Sequence record: NC_010583.1
Length of the DNA: 64,000 nucleotides
Direction: 5' to 3' (one strand)
From: Escherichia phage Eps7
The notes beneath the pieces are model-generated. The model was not told the origin of the DNA, did not search any database, and saw only the letters and a list, made by a program, of their open reading frames with translations. The position numbers and the translations under genes were made by a program. This document shows, piece by piece, positions 9,430-18,609 of the stretch. Within the stretch, counting starts at the first letter, position 1. Each line of letters opens with the position of its first letter.

Positions 9430-9536
9430 TGCGGTTCTCTCTTTTTTGACGTGCTTTTCCCATAAATAACACTCCTATAGTGTACTTCGCTAACAGAGGA
9501 TCAACAAAAAGATCTTGTTTATCAACTTACAAATAT

Positions 9537-9565
9537 ATTATACCAATATATGCGGGAGAAAGCAA
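9537..9565 (-). promoter_or_regulatory. sigma70-type promoter TTGCTT-17-TATAAT with downstream ATATTTGTAAGTTGATAAAC box
   Basis: minus-strand reading of the divergent intergenic region. Confidence 0.55.
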
Positions 9566-9756
9566 CTACAATTTTAAATAAGCCTATGATATTGCATTTA
9601 AATAAAAAATTTGCTTGCTTTTATTGGGAGATGTATGGTACTAGATAATCATTTTATATCGCGTACACGGGCGCGTGATTATACTATTTTTAATAGAGGT
9701 TGGCAAATAAAATTTTTTGACCCAGATCAATTTACAGAATGTTATAGTAAAATATT

Positions 9757-9786
9757 GTTGACATCCGCCTTCGAATGAGTTATAAT
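9757..9786 (+). promoter_or_regulatory. sigma70 promoter TTGACA-18-TATAAT for nrdD
   Basis: TTGACATCCGCCTTCGAATGAGTTATAAT, then GAGAAGGAGGG RBS. Confidence 0.6.
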
Positions 9787-9815
9787 AGTAGTCTTAGTTA
9801 GAGAAGGAGGGTATA

Positions 9816-11690
9816 ATGAATCGCAATGAAGAACTAAAATATAAAGGAATGCAGTCCTTAATTCGAAACTGCAAAGAAATTATCGAAGGTTCAGCAGATG
9901 AAGAGCTGCTGTTTAATAATGCCAATAAACCCTCAGAACGTTTCCCTACACAAAGGGATATGCTTGCAGGGGAATTGAGTAAATATCTGATTCTGGAAGA
10001 AATGCCAATACAGATTCGAAATGCTCACATGATTGGTGATATTCACTTCCATGATGCTGATTACGCTGCGTTAGGTATGACTAACTGTTGCCTGGTTGCT
10101 TTGGAAGATATGTTGAAGAATGGTATGAAGGTTGGTAATGCTGAAATCAGTACACCAAACTCTATTACTACTGCGGCTGCTATTACAGCTCAGATTATCA
10201 CTCAAGTTAGCTCCCATCAGTATGGTGGTACTTCTGTAGACCGATTAGATGAAGTATTGGCTCCTTATGTTCGTAAGTCTTACGATAAGAATCATGCGTT
10301 TGCAAAGCGTTGGACTAAGGATGAAGCCAAAGCATCTGTAATGGCTACGGAAATGACTGAGAAAGAAGTGTACGATGCCTGTCAAGGTCTAGAATATGAA
10401 ATCAATACGATGTTCAACTCTAATGGTCAGAGTCCATTTATTACCTTTGGGTTTGGTCTAGGAACTTCTTGGGAAGCACGTCTTGTACAGAAAGCAATCC
10501 TAGAAGTGCGTATGGATGGTTTGGGTATCAATAAACGTACTGCTATCTTCCCTAAACTGGTATTTGTTCTGCGAGATGGCGTAAACATGAAGCCTGGAGA
10601 TGTCAACTACGATATCAAGAAGTTGGCTATGAAGTGTACTGCCGAACGTATGTATCCTGACTATATCAGCTATGATAAGGTTGTAGAAGTTACGGGAGAC
10701 TACAAAGTCTCTATGGGCTGTCGTTCATTCCTGGCTGCTGCGGAAGATGGTGAAACTTCTGGTCGTAACAACTTAGGCGTTGTTTCCGTAAACCTTCCTC
10801 GAATCGCTATCGAAGCGGAAGGAAATATTGATCTATTCTTCGATCTGCTTGAGCTGCGTGTGGATACCGCGTTAAAAGCATTGGAGTGGAGAGTTGATCG
10901 CTTAAAATACATTCAAGCTAACGCTGCGCCCATCCTCTATATGTCAGGAGCCTTTGGATTACGTCTGGGGCCAGATGAATATGTATTTGATCATTTCTAC
11001 AAGCGTGCTTCTGTATCCCTAGGATATATTGGCTGCCACGAAATGTTGCAGCTCATGTTTGGTAAAGATGTTGATACAATGTCTGAGTCTTGTATCAAGT
11101 TCGTTCAACGTGTGTTACAATACATGCGTGATCGTGCTGATCAGAAGAAGGAAGAGACTCAATTAGGGTATAGTCTGTATGCTACACCATCTGAATCTCT
11201 ATGTGATCGCTTCTGTCGTCTAGATCGTGAGTATTTCCCAGAGCATGAAGATATTCTGGCTAAAGGATATTACACTAACTCTCATCACCTTGATGTGGAG
11301 CGTAAGGTTGCTCCAAATGTGAAGTTTGATTATGAGTCTAACTTTACTCCTATTGCTTCTGGTGGGTGCATTTCCTATGTGGAATTACCCGATATGAAAC
11401 GATTCCCAGATGCGCTGGAATGGGTTATTAACTATGCTGCAAGTAAGGTTCATTACTTCGGTATTAATACTCCAGTAGACTCCTGTGGGGAATGTGGGTT
11501 CTTGGGTGAGACTATAGCTTCTGAGGATGGTTTCAAATGCCCTATTTGTGGCAACCATGACCCTGAGACTCTTGAGGTAACTCGTCGAGTTTGTGGATAT
11601 CTTGGAAATCCAGGTGCTCGTCCGTTTAACCCAGGCAAACAGCATGAGGTAATGGGTCGAGTGAAACATCAGGACATTCGCGCTAAATAA
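9816..11690 (+). CDS. nrdD: anaerobic ribonucleoside-triphosphate reductase (class III, glycyl-radical enzyme)
   Basis: C-terminal Zn ribbon CGECGF..CPICG and glycyl-radical motif RVCGYLGNP; 624 aa. Confidence 0.95.
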   Translation: MNRNEELKYKGMQSLIRNCKEIIEGSADEELLFNNANKPSERFPTQRDMLAGELSKYLILEEMPIQIRNAHMIGDIHFHDADYAALGMTNCCLVALEDMLKNGMKVGNAEISTPNSITTAAAITAQIITQVSSHQYGGTSVDRLDEVLAPYVRKSYDKNHAFAKRWTKDEAKASVMATEMTEKEVYDACQGLEYEINTMFNSNGQSPFITFGFGLGTSWEARLVQKAILEVRMDGLGINKRTAIFPKLVFVLRDGVNMKPGDVNYDIKKLAMKCTAERMYPDYISYDKVVEVTGDYKVSMGCRSFLAAAEDGETSGRNNLGVVSVNLPRIAIEAEGNIDLFFDLLELRVDTALKALEWRVDRLKYIQANAAPILYMSGAFGLRLGPDEYVFDHFYKRASVSLGYIGCHEMLQLMFGKDVDTMSESCIKFVQRVLQYMRDRADQKKEETQLGYSLYATPSESLCDRFCRLDREYFPEHEDILAKGYYTNSHHLDVERKVAPNVKFDYESNFTPIASGGCISYVELPDMKRFPDALEWVINYAASKVHYFGINTPVDSCGECGFLGETIASEDGFKCPICGNHDPETLEVTRRVCGYLGNPGARPFNPGKQHEVMGRVKHQDIRAK

Positions 11691-11695
11691 TGAAT

Positions 11696-11729
11696 CAGCC
11701 AGATCGCTAGTCGATCTGGCTTTTATTTT
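11696..11729 (+). terminator. rho-independent terminator
   Basis: GCCAGATCG-CTAG-TCGATCTGGC followed by TTTTATTTT. Confidence 0.7.
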
Positions 11730-11731
11730 AT

Positions 11732-11760
11732 TTGCTTTCGAGCTAAAACTTATGTATAAT
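11732..11760 (+). promoter_or_regulatory. T5-type promoter TTGCTT-17-TATAAT with downstream TGATTTATAAATTTGAGAGGAG box
   Basis: sequence match to the promoter family recurring on this strand. Confidence 0.65.
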
Positions 11761-11789
11761 TGATTTATAAATTTGAGAGGAGAAAGACT

Positions 11790-12071
11790 ATGAGCAAATT
11801 GCTTCCGAAAGTAGATGTTTCCCATCTTGGAGAGCCTAGTGAAGAACGTAAGGCTCTTGATTGGCTAGGTGGATTTGATTATCGTCGTGTTGTTGCAACA
11901 TGGAATACTGGTAAGGTTAAAAAATTTCGTGTGCATTATGTTGGCAAAGATAAGTGGCTCTGGATCGATTATGAAGAATCGAAGGGATCTACTAAGGCTG
12001 TAAAAGTCTATCGTATGAATGGGTATTATTATGCTCATTGTGATAAGAATGAATTTACAGTACAGAACTAA
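11790..12071 (+). CDS. hypothetical protein (93 aa from ATG 11790)
   Basis: GAGAGGAGAAAGACT-ATG RBS; the track ORF extends to 11760. Confidence 0.5.
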   Translation: MSKLLPKVDVSHLGEPSEERKALDWLGGFDYRRVVATWNTGKVKKFRVHYVGKDKWLWIDYEESKGSTKAVKVYRMNGYYYAHCDKNEFTVQN

Positions 12072-12080
12072 GGAACAAGA

Positions 12081-12284
12081 ATGAAGAACGTAAGACATCT
12101 TAAATATCGCTTAATTTACAACGGACGTATGGAAACAGAAGATCTAGCTCAGCTAGCGATCAATTCAGATGAAGTTACGGTTCGTGCTTTATCTATTGAG
12201 AAGCTGCGTGCTTCTTACGAAAATCGTATTATGGAACTGGAGGAGAAACTGTATGGACTTCTTGAATCAGAATCTAAAAAATAA
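12081..12284 (+). CDS. hypothetical protein (67 aa)
   Basis: AAGGAACAAGA-ATG RBS. Confidence 0.45.
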   Translation: MKNVRHLKYRLIYNGRMETEDLAQLAINSDEVTVRALSIEKLRASYENRIMELEEKLYGLLESESKK

Positions 12285-12447
12285 TCTAGAAAACATGCTT
12301 ATGGAGCAGTGGAACTCTGGGTATAATGCTGGGGTGGCTACTTGTATTGCGGGGTTGGATATGCTTATTAAGCAAGAAAAGGTACGTCCAGAAGAAGCAA
12401 TTCTACTCCAAAATATCATCGAAGGATTCAAGCAAGGAATCGTATAA
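12253..12447 (+). CDS. hypothetical protein (64 aa)
   Basis: GGAGGAG RBS 7 nt upstream of ATG 12253; overlaps previous ORF. Confidence 0.4.
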   Translation: MDFLNQNLKNNLENMLMEQWNSGYNAGVATCIAGLDMLIKQEKVRPEEAILLQNIIEGFKQGIV

Positions 12448-13261
12448 TGCGTAGACTAATCGTTGTTAGTGGTGCAGGTTTGAGTGTAGATAGTGGTGTT
12501 CGTGCTTTCCGTACTGATACTGCTAGTGGTAAAGCGTTGTGGGATGATTATGACCTAGAAGAGGTATGTAATATTCATGCCTTTCGTGGTAATTTTACCA
12601 TAAAACTCATATGTTTTACAACAAACGTCGTGAAGAGTTACAAACTGTTGAACCTAACCTAGCTCATTTGCGTATTGGTGAATGGTATAAACGGTATCCA
12701 AATCAAGTGGTAAACCTTACTACCAATGTTGATGATCTAATCGAACGTGCTGGAGTGCCGAGAGAAGATATACTCCATATTCATGGATATCTGAAAGAAA
12801 TTATTGTAGAGCATGCGTTCGACCAGACACGTGATGTTATTGATATTGGGTATAGTTCTATTGATCCAGATGACTTTGATTGGGTTAAACCTAACGTTAT
12901 CTTCTTTGGTGAGGTTGCTCCTGCCTATAAAACAATGTATGAGGTTTTTGATGGTATCACCAGTCATGATATGATCATCATTGTTGGGTGCTCTAACCAA
13001 GTAATTAACTTCTACTGGGAGCTATTTCCTGTTCTGAATCTTACTGCTGCAAAACTTATGGTAGTTAACTATTACGATAGTGCAGTAGCTATGGAACCAG
13101 GCTATCAGGGCATGACTCGTAGTGAAATGTATCAGTTAGAAGAACGTGGTATTCCTTACTGGAGTAAAGGTGCTGTGGATGCCTTTAGTGATCCCGATTT
13201 TATTGCTCGTGTGGAAGCTCATCTAGAAGGTAAACCCTATGTTCAACAAAAGCATGTGTGA
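12447..13261 (+). CDS. Sir2-family NAD-dependent deacetylase / ADP-ribosyltransferase-like protein, frameshifted
   Basis: VVSGAGLSVDSGVRAFR (GAGxS..SG..FR), TTNVDDLIERAG, HG, KPNVIFFGE, IIVGCS motifs; frame break at T4 (12594-12597). Confidence 0.8.
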
Positions 13262-13401
13262 TCTTTTAGTGTGGCCGGATGGTAGTTGGTGCTACCGTTT
13301 CGAATTTGCTACCGATGATTTCTCATGGAAGAGTGATGATTTCTGTGTTATCTATGAAGATACAGCAGAATGGAAAGAGTTCCTTATTAAGGAGGGAGAA
13401 T

Positions 13402-13587
13402 ATGGTGAAGAAGATTTTTAAGGGTATCTGGAAAGGTCTAGTATGGTTTGTCAACCTAATCGGTATGATTACCATTTATTCTCTGTTCCTATCTGTTATG
13501 TGGGGTAAAGGTGAATTGAAGGTTCCAGTTCCTTTTACTGATGAAGTTAAAGTCTGGACGTGGGATGCTACTGGTGGAAATAAGTAA
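13402..13587 (+). CDS. small membrane protein (61 aa)
   Basis: AAGGAGGGAGAAT-ATG RBS; hydrophobic segment GLVWFVNLIGMITIYSLFLSVMW. Confidence 0.4.
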   Translation: MVKKIFKGIWKGLVWFVNLIGMITIYSLFLSVMWGKGELKVPVPFTDEVKVWTWDATGGNK

Positions 13588-14080
13588 TACTCCTATAATT
13601 TTCCTGGATATTGATGGGGTGCTCAATTCGAGCATCTCTCACCATCATGCTCCAGATAGTGAAAAGCTATTCTTTGGTAGTGATTGGGTTTATAAGCCAT
13701 TACTCCAGGCTTTTCAGAACTTCCTTAAACCTTCTCCAATAATGATTGTTGGGGTATCTTCATGGTTTTCTGTACGAAACGAGATGGAGAACGTCCAGAG
13801 TATGACCGGGCTCGGTTTGATCGATCGTTTTCTTGGTACAACAGATTTTACTGGTGGCGGTTTATCTCGTGGTAATTCTGTCTTACGTTTCGTAGAAAAA
13901 CATAAGCTCAAGCATTGGTGCGTCCTAGATGATGCTGGTGCTATGATGTATCAATTTCCTACTGTTATTGTAAATGGCAGGACTGGAATAAACCTTCAAG
14001 ATTTAAATGCTATCAGCTATATGCTGGAGTTTAGTCCAGATCTTGAAATGTGTAAGGCTCTTCAGAAACTCAAGGTGTAA
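13541..14080 (+). CDS. HAD-superfamily phosphatase-like protein
   Basis: IIFLDIDGVLN (DxDG[V/T] motif I); true start may be ATG 13565. Confidence 0.6.
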   Translation: MKLKSGRGMLLVEISNTPIIFLDIDGVLNSSISHHHAPDSEKLFFGSDWVYKPLLQAFQNFLKPSPIMIVGVSSWFSVRNEMENVQSMTGLGLIDRFLGTTDFTGGGLSRGNSVLRFVEKHKLKHWCVLDDAGAMMYQFPTVIVNGRTGINLQDLNAISYMLEFSPDLEMCKALQKLKV

Positions 14081-14082
14081 AT

Positions 14083-14511
14083 ATGTTCGATAATCTTTTC
14101 ATGAAAGAGGTAAACCCTATGCTCCTCAACTTCTGGCGATCTCTCCCTGATGGTATGTATAATGAAACCATCAATCTGCTCAAGATTTGGTGTGAGAATA
14201 ACGATATCTTCTTATCCTTTAAAGGCCCACTAGAGGAAGCTCCGTGTATTGGAGTTAGCGTGGATTTAGGGGAGGGAGTAGAAGAGATTGTAGACTGGAA
14301 AGAACTAGATGAAATGGGTCTGGTTTTTGCCTTGAACCATAAGCTGTTTATGCCTGCAAATCACCGTCTTATTGTAAACTATCGCACTGGTGAAGCTCCT
14401 GCTTTCCAGGTAAATGAACGGGAGGGCTGGTCATATTCGCCCGAAGAAGTAAATGAGGGGATTCAGAAACTTCGTCGTTTCGGGTATATGATCCCAGGTT
14501 TAACTGCTTAA
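14083..14511 (+). CDS. hypothetical protein, tandem paralogue A
   Basis: shares W-EL-EMGL-ALN ... TGE-P ... R-GY-PGL pattern with the next ORF. Confidence 0.55.
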   Translation: MFDNLFMKEVNPMLLNFWRSLPDGMYNETINLLKIWCENNDIFLSFKGPLEEAPCIGVSVDLGEGVEEIVDWKELDEMGLVFALNHKLFMPANHRLIVNYRTGEAPAFQVNEREGWSYSPEEVNEGIQKLRRFGYMIPGLTA

Positions 14512-14520
14512 GGAGGCAGA

Positions 14521-14916
14521 ATGGAACAAGTATTTTGGCGTCAGATAGATCCTAGTTTGGTAGAGCGTGCTGAGGGGCTCCTTGCACGTTGGTTGGGGGT
14601 TGACAAGGTTAGTGTAACATTTCCGTTTACTTCTGTAACAGACCCTAGTGTAGGTGTCTTTGTGGACGAAGATGAAGATGATGGTTGGGAAGCTGACTGG
14701 AATGAATTGTCCAGTATGGGCTTGATTGTTGCCCTCAACTTCTCTATATTCCACCCACGTGGTTTAGCTATTACACGTGATCCCGAAACCGGTGAATCCC
14801 CTTATCTTTTGCAAGTAGAAGATGATATTTGGGAGTACACCGAAGATATTCTCGAAGAAGCTAAAGGTCAATTAAATCGCATTGGGATCTATGTTCCAGG
14901 CCTAAATGATGATTGA
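14521..14916 (+). CDS. hypothetical protein, tandem paralogue B
   Basis: paralogue of 14083..14511; AAGGAGG RBS. Confidence 0.55.
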   Translation: MEQVFWRQIDPSLVERAEGLLARWLGVDKVSVTFPFTSVTDPSVGVFVDEDEDDGWEADWNELSSMGLIVALNFSIFHPRGLAITRDPETGESPYLLQVEDDIWEYTEDILEEAKGQLNRIGIYVPGLNDD

Positions 14917-14939
14917 TTTTCATTAGTCCAATCCTGATT

Positions 14940-14967
14940 ACCGAGTCATTTTGGCTCGGTTTTCTCT
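14940..14967 (+). terminator. rho-independent terminator
   Basis: ACCGAG-TCATTTTGG-CTCGGT followed by TTTCTCT. Confidence 0.6.
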
Positions 14968-15010
14968 GTGCTCAAAGACACTGATAGCACCTTACGGAAA
15001 AATTTTACTT

Positions 15011-15038
15011 GCAGGATGGTCAAAATCTTGATATAATA
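15011..15038 (+). promoter_or_regulatory. T5-type promoter with extended -10 (TGATATAAT) and downstream ATTTATATTGAATTGAGAGAC box
   Basis: sequence match to the promoter family; no ORF follows for ~500 nt. Confidence 0.6.
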
Positions 15039-15533
15039 TTTATATTGAATTGAGAGACATTAGTAAAAATTGATTTTGCTAATTTTTCTTGTTTACAATC
15101 CGCAATACGGAACAGTTAGGCTGCCCCATTAAGGGTTGTTTTAACTATTACTAGTGTTTATACTGCATTAGTTAATTATCAATTAAGTGATCTGCGTACC
15201 CTGAATTCGGAAAGGTAAATCCAAACCGTGCATATTTAGCTCGTTATATAGGCAGAGCTTTATATGGGGGTGCGAACGAAAAGAGCAGCGAATGGTGACA
15301 CGTCCAGTAGCCACCTACCAATAGGATAGTGAGGGCAATCAGAATCGGCTTAGCGGCCAATGACCTAGGTTCTGATCTGGATAAGAGTTAAGAGAGCGCA
15401 GCACTGAGGTATGATAACTTATTCATACTGCTTGATGATGATTAATGTTTGTGTAAATGGTAGTAATAGTTGTTCTATTCTTTTGAATAGTCCTAAAGAA
15501 AGATATTCGAATAACCAACATAGGAGTATTGTT

Positions 15534-18323
15534 GTGTTCTCAATCCTACAAGGTCACGCAGGATTTTCCAGAGATAAAGCTACTGGCATCTGGAAAGAGA
15601 TCAAAGTGGAAGATTACACCTTTGCAAAGCGATTCTCTAAAGAGCATCCAGAAGGTAAACCAGCTTCCATGCCCTTCAAATTTGATGTACTTGAAGAACT
15701 TGACCCGCAAAACCTTGCTGAAATGTTACCTATCATGCGTCGTCTTACCAAAGACCCGCATATTGTAGCTATTCGTGGTAAATGTTTAGCCCCAAAAGAT
15801 AATGTGCGTCGTACCAGGGGAAACTTTAACGTATCCAATCCTAGTCATATTATTGCTATGGACGTGGATGGTATTGTAGATACTGGTGGCTATGACAAGT
15901 TTAATCTTGTTGGCATGGCACGTCATATTATTAAGATGTTGAATAGTATTAGTGAGGATATGTTTCCTCTTGATGCAGGGTTTATTGCCCATGCATCGTC
16001 TTCGGCTGGATTAAAACCAGGTATCCGAATGCACTTAATGCTAGAATCTAATGTCAAGGTAACGCAGGGACAGTTAAAGTTCTTATTTACATCTATCAAT
16101 GATAGTAGTAAGCAAAAGTACGGCTTTGATATTGCTGACTTAGCTTATTATTCTTCTGTTCAGCTTCACTATTTCGCAGATCCCTTATTTGATGATGGTA
16201 TAGTCGATCCGTTTAAAGCGGAGAATAAACCACGTCTTGTGTATGTTAAGGGTTCGAAGGTAAATCTACCTAATAACCTAGTTGACTTTGAAACAACTAG
16301 AGGTGAGTTTAAAGAAGAGTTCTACTCCTTACTTGACCAAATTAAAGGCAAGAAGGCTGCATCTGATAAAGTGGAAGAAACCATCAGCGAACTAGAAGAA
16401 GCTGAGGATGGAGTGTACCTGCGTATTATTCCAAAACTTTATCACAGAGCGTTAGAAGATGGTGTTGACTTTACGTGGTTAGAACGTGAAATTAAACCAG
16501 CTTTATCTGAGTATATTGCGACTAAAGATAATAGTCGTAATATTCAAGATTACTTTAATAACGGTCGTAAGCAGGCTCTCAAAGCCTTTGTAAATAACTC
16601 CAAACGTGAGATTCCACCAAACTTAAAAGGTGTACCATTAAAACGTCTAGACACAGATTCTCCACCAGAAGTTCCATACCTGAAAATTAACATTGTACCA
16701 CCAAAAGGACATTTAACATTTGTTAAGGCAAGTCTTGGTACGGGTAAAACTACCGCAGTAACTAAGTGGCTAGATGCAGGTGTTCTTCCAGGAAACTTTA
16801 TTGCAATCACAAATACTAGGGCACTTGTATCTTCTAACGCGAAGAAATTCGGTGCTGGCCAGTATGATAAGTCAGTTGATATGCTGAACTTCAAACGTGG
16901 TGCCATTGATCGTATGTCTTCAACTATTCACTCTATCCATAAGTTCAAGAGCTTTGTGGGTCAGATTGATACGATCTTTATTGATGAATGTGACGCAGTA
17001 ATGAATGATCTGTTATTCGCTCCGGTTGTTAAAAACCGTCGTGAATGTATTCAGGTTCTTCGTGATATCCTTATTACTGCTAAAACTGTTATCTTATCCG
17101 ATGGTGATATCAGTGCAGAAACGATTGAAGCCTATGGTTCTTTGATTGATTTTGATAAACCAGTCGCATTTTATAATCACCACCGTAAAATGCTGGCGAA
17201 AGCTCATGCTTATGAATTCCCTGATGAATCCAGTATTTGGGTTGCACTTCAAACATCTTTAGAGATGGGGGAGAAATCAATCCTAGTATCTGACTGTGGC
17301 CCGGATGAACTGAATGAGAAGGGAATGGCATTACGTCGTAATACTGGTGCGTTAGTTAAAGAAATTCACTCAAACTCTACGTCTGATGTAGATATCCGAC
17401 GTATTCTGGATTATACAACTAATGAGCTAATTGATCAACAGATTGATTGTTTATTATGTAGTCCATCTGTAACGAGTGGTGTTGACTTTAACTATTTTGA
17501 TAACGTATTCGTAATCACTAGAACCTCAAACCAAGCGCCAAACATGCGTTTTCAAGCAATCAGGCGCGACCGTGGTGCTCAGAACATTTATTATTTTATT
17601 GATAAATCTACGAGTGGATTTTCTGCGGGTTCCGAGCAATATAATATTGACGAAGGTTGGATTGAGTTAGCCCAACAACTGTACGCACGTCGTCGTGAGC
17701 TGGAATCTAGAAACTATACCAGTACTTTGCGGTATTATCTTCTCGATCAAGGTGCAACTATTGATATTTTCAGTGAAAGCTGGGGAACTATCGAAGGTGC
17801 AGGCAAAGAGTATACAGAAGAGCGAATCAAAGCTATTTTGCACTCAACTCCTGAATATTGCGCACCACGTCATGCAGACGCATATGAAGCTAAATTGCTT
17901 CTGGTTCGCTATTATCATCTGGATTCTATCAAAGATGTAACAGTGGAACATGTTGAACAGTATATCAAGGATAAACCGAATGATCGAGCTGCATTTTTCC
18001 ACAAGATGCACGACATGTTCTGGGAAGATATTAAAAAGTGTTCAAACGTAACAATCAAACCGTTTATCGAAGCTCTTAAGAATAAGAAGAAGGATTTCTT
18101 CCTTAAGACAGGTCAGAGCGCTAACCCAAAATATGCTCGTATGTATCTTGGCATGATGGGTATCGGTAAAGATCTGGATACGGAAAAGATTGTGGACTGG
18201 TACAGAACTTACTGTAAGATCGAATGTATGCCGATTCCAGTTAAGTTTATGACAGACGAAGAACGTCAGATGCACGAGGAAGCTCTTGCTGAATTGGGAG
18301 CTAGAAATGACAGTGAAGAATAA
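15534..18323 (+). CDS. replication helicase (SF2 ATPase) with an N-terminal primase-polymerase-like domain
   Basis: Walker A ASLGTGKTT, DExD box FIDECD, motif VI QAIRRDRGAQ, N-terminal AMDVDG; likely start GTG 15534 with AGGAG RBS (track ORF starts 15411). Confidence 0.75.
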   Translation: MFSILQGHAGFSRDKATGIWKEIKVEDYTFAKRFSKEHPEGKPASMPFKFDVLEELDPQNLAEMLPIMRRLTKDPHIVAIRGKCLAPKDNVRRTRGNFNVSNPSHIIAMDVDGIVDTGGYDKFNLVGMARHIIKMLNSISEDMFPLDAGFIAHASSSAGLKPGIRMHLMLESNVKVTQGQLKFLFTSINDSSKQKYGFDIADLAYYSSVQLHYFADPLFDDGIVDPFKAENKPRLVYVKGSKVNLPNNLVDFETTRGEFKEEFYSLLDQIKGKKAASDKVEETISELEEAEDGVYLRIIPKLYHRALEDGVDFTWLEREIKPALSEYIATKDNSRNIQDYFNNGRKQALKAFVNNSKREIPPNLKGVPLKRLDTDSPPEVPYLKINIVPPKGHLTFVKASLGTGKTTAVTKWLDAGVLPGNFIAITNTRALVSSNAKKFGAGQYDKSVDMLNFKRGAIDRMSSTIHSIHKFKSFVGQIDTIFIDECDAVMNDLLFAPVVKNRRECIQVLRDILITAKTVILSDGDISAETIEAYGSLIDFDKPVAFYNHHRKMLAKAHAYEFPDESSIWVALQTSLEMGEKSILVSDCGPDELNEKGMALRRNTGALVKEIHSNSTSDVDIRRILDYTTNELIDQQIDCLLCSPSVTSGVDFNYFDNVFVITRTSNQAPNMRFQAIRRDRGAQNIYYFIDKSTSGFSAGSEQYNIDEGWIELAQQLYARRRELESRNYTSTLRYYLLDQGATIDIFSESWGTIEGAGKEYTEERIKAILHSTPEYCAPRHADAYEAKLLLVRYYHLDSIKDVTVEHVEQYIKDKPNDRAAFFHKMHDMFWEDIKKCSNVTIKPFIEALKNKKKDFFLKTGQSANPKYARMYLGMMGIGKDLDTEKIVDWYRTYCKIECMPIPVKFMTDEERQMHEEALAELGARNDSEE

Positions 18324-18540
18324 AAAGTGGGAAACAAGGAAGTTTCCAGTAAAAGAACGTAAAACTTCTGTTTACGATACTGCGGAGAAACTATGTAGGG
18401 TTGTACCACCTCGTCTCGCTGGCATCCCTAATGTCTCCATATGGTTACTTAAACAACGGAAGACTCGTGTGTCTCTTCGCATTGGCTTTGAGTTAGATAA
18501 AGTCTATGCTGAACTTGCTTCTTTGCTCAAAGAATCATAA
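18307..18540 (+). CDS. hypothetical basic protein (~77 aa)
   Basis: small ORF overlapping the helicase 3' end. Confidence 0.35.
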   Translation: MTVKNKKWETRKFPVKERKTSVYDTAEKLCRVVPPRLAGIPNVSIWLLKQRKTRVSLRIGFELDKVYAELASLLKES

Positions 18541-18549
18541 AAATTTTAT

Positions 18550-18578
18550 TTGCTTTCAGGAAAAATTTTCTGTATAAT
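18550..18578 (+). promoter_or_regulatory. T5 PN25-type strong early promoter
   Basis: ATTTGCTTTCAGGAAAAATTTTCTGTATAATAGATTCATAAATTTGAGAGAGGAGTT matches the PN25 sequence as I recall it. Confidence 0.85.
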
Positions 18579-18609
18579 AGATTCATAAATTTGAGAGAGG
18601 AGTTTAAAT

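Noticed and set aside
15060-15410. tRNA gene in the non-coding island
   Set aside because: No segment gives a cloverleaf with acceptor stem and a canonical T-loop (GTTCRANYC); the T5-type tRNA cluster is evidently outside this window.
15411-15533. N-terminal 41 codons of the 970-aa track ORF
   Set aside because: No RBS at 15411 and the translation MITYSYCLMMINVCVNG looks non-protein-like; an in-frame GTG at 15534 has an AGGAG RBS, so the extension is probably read-through of the non-coding region.
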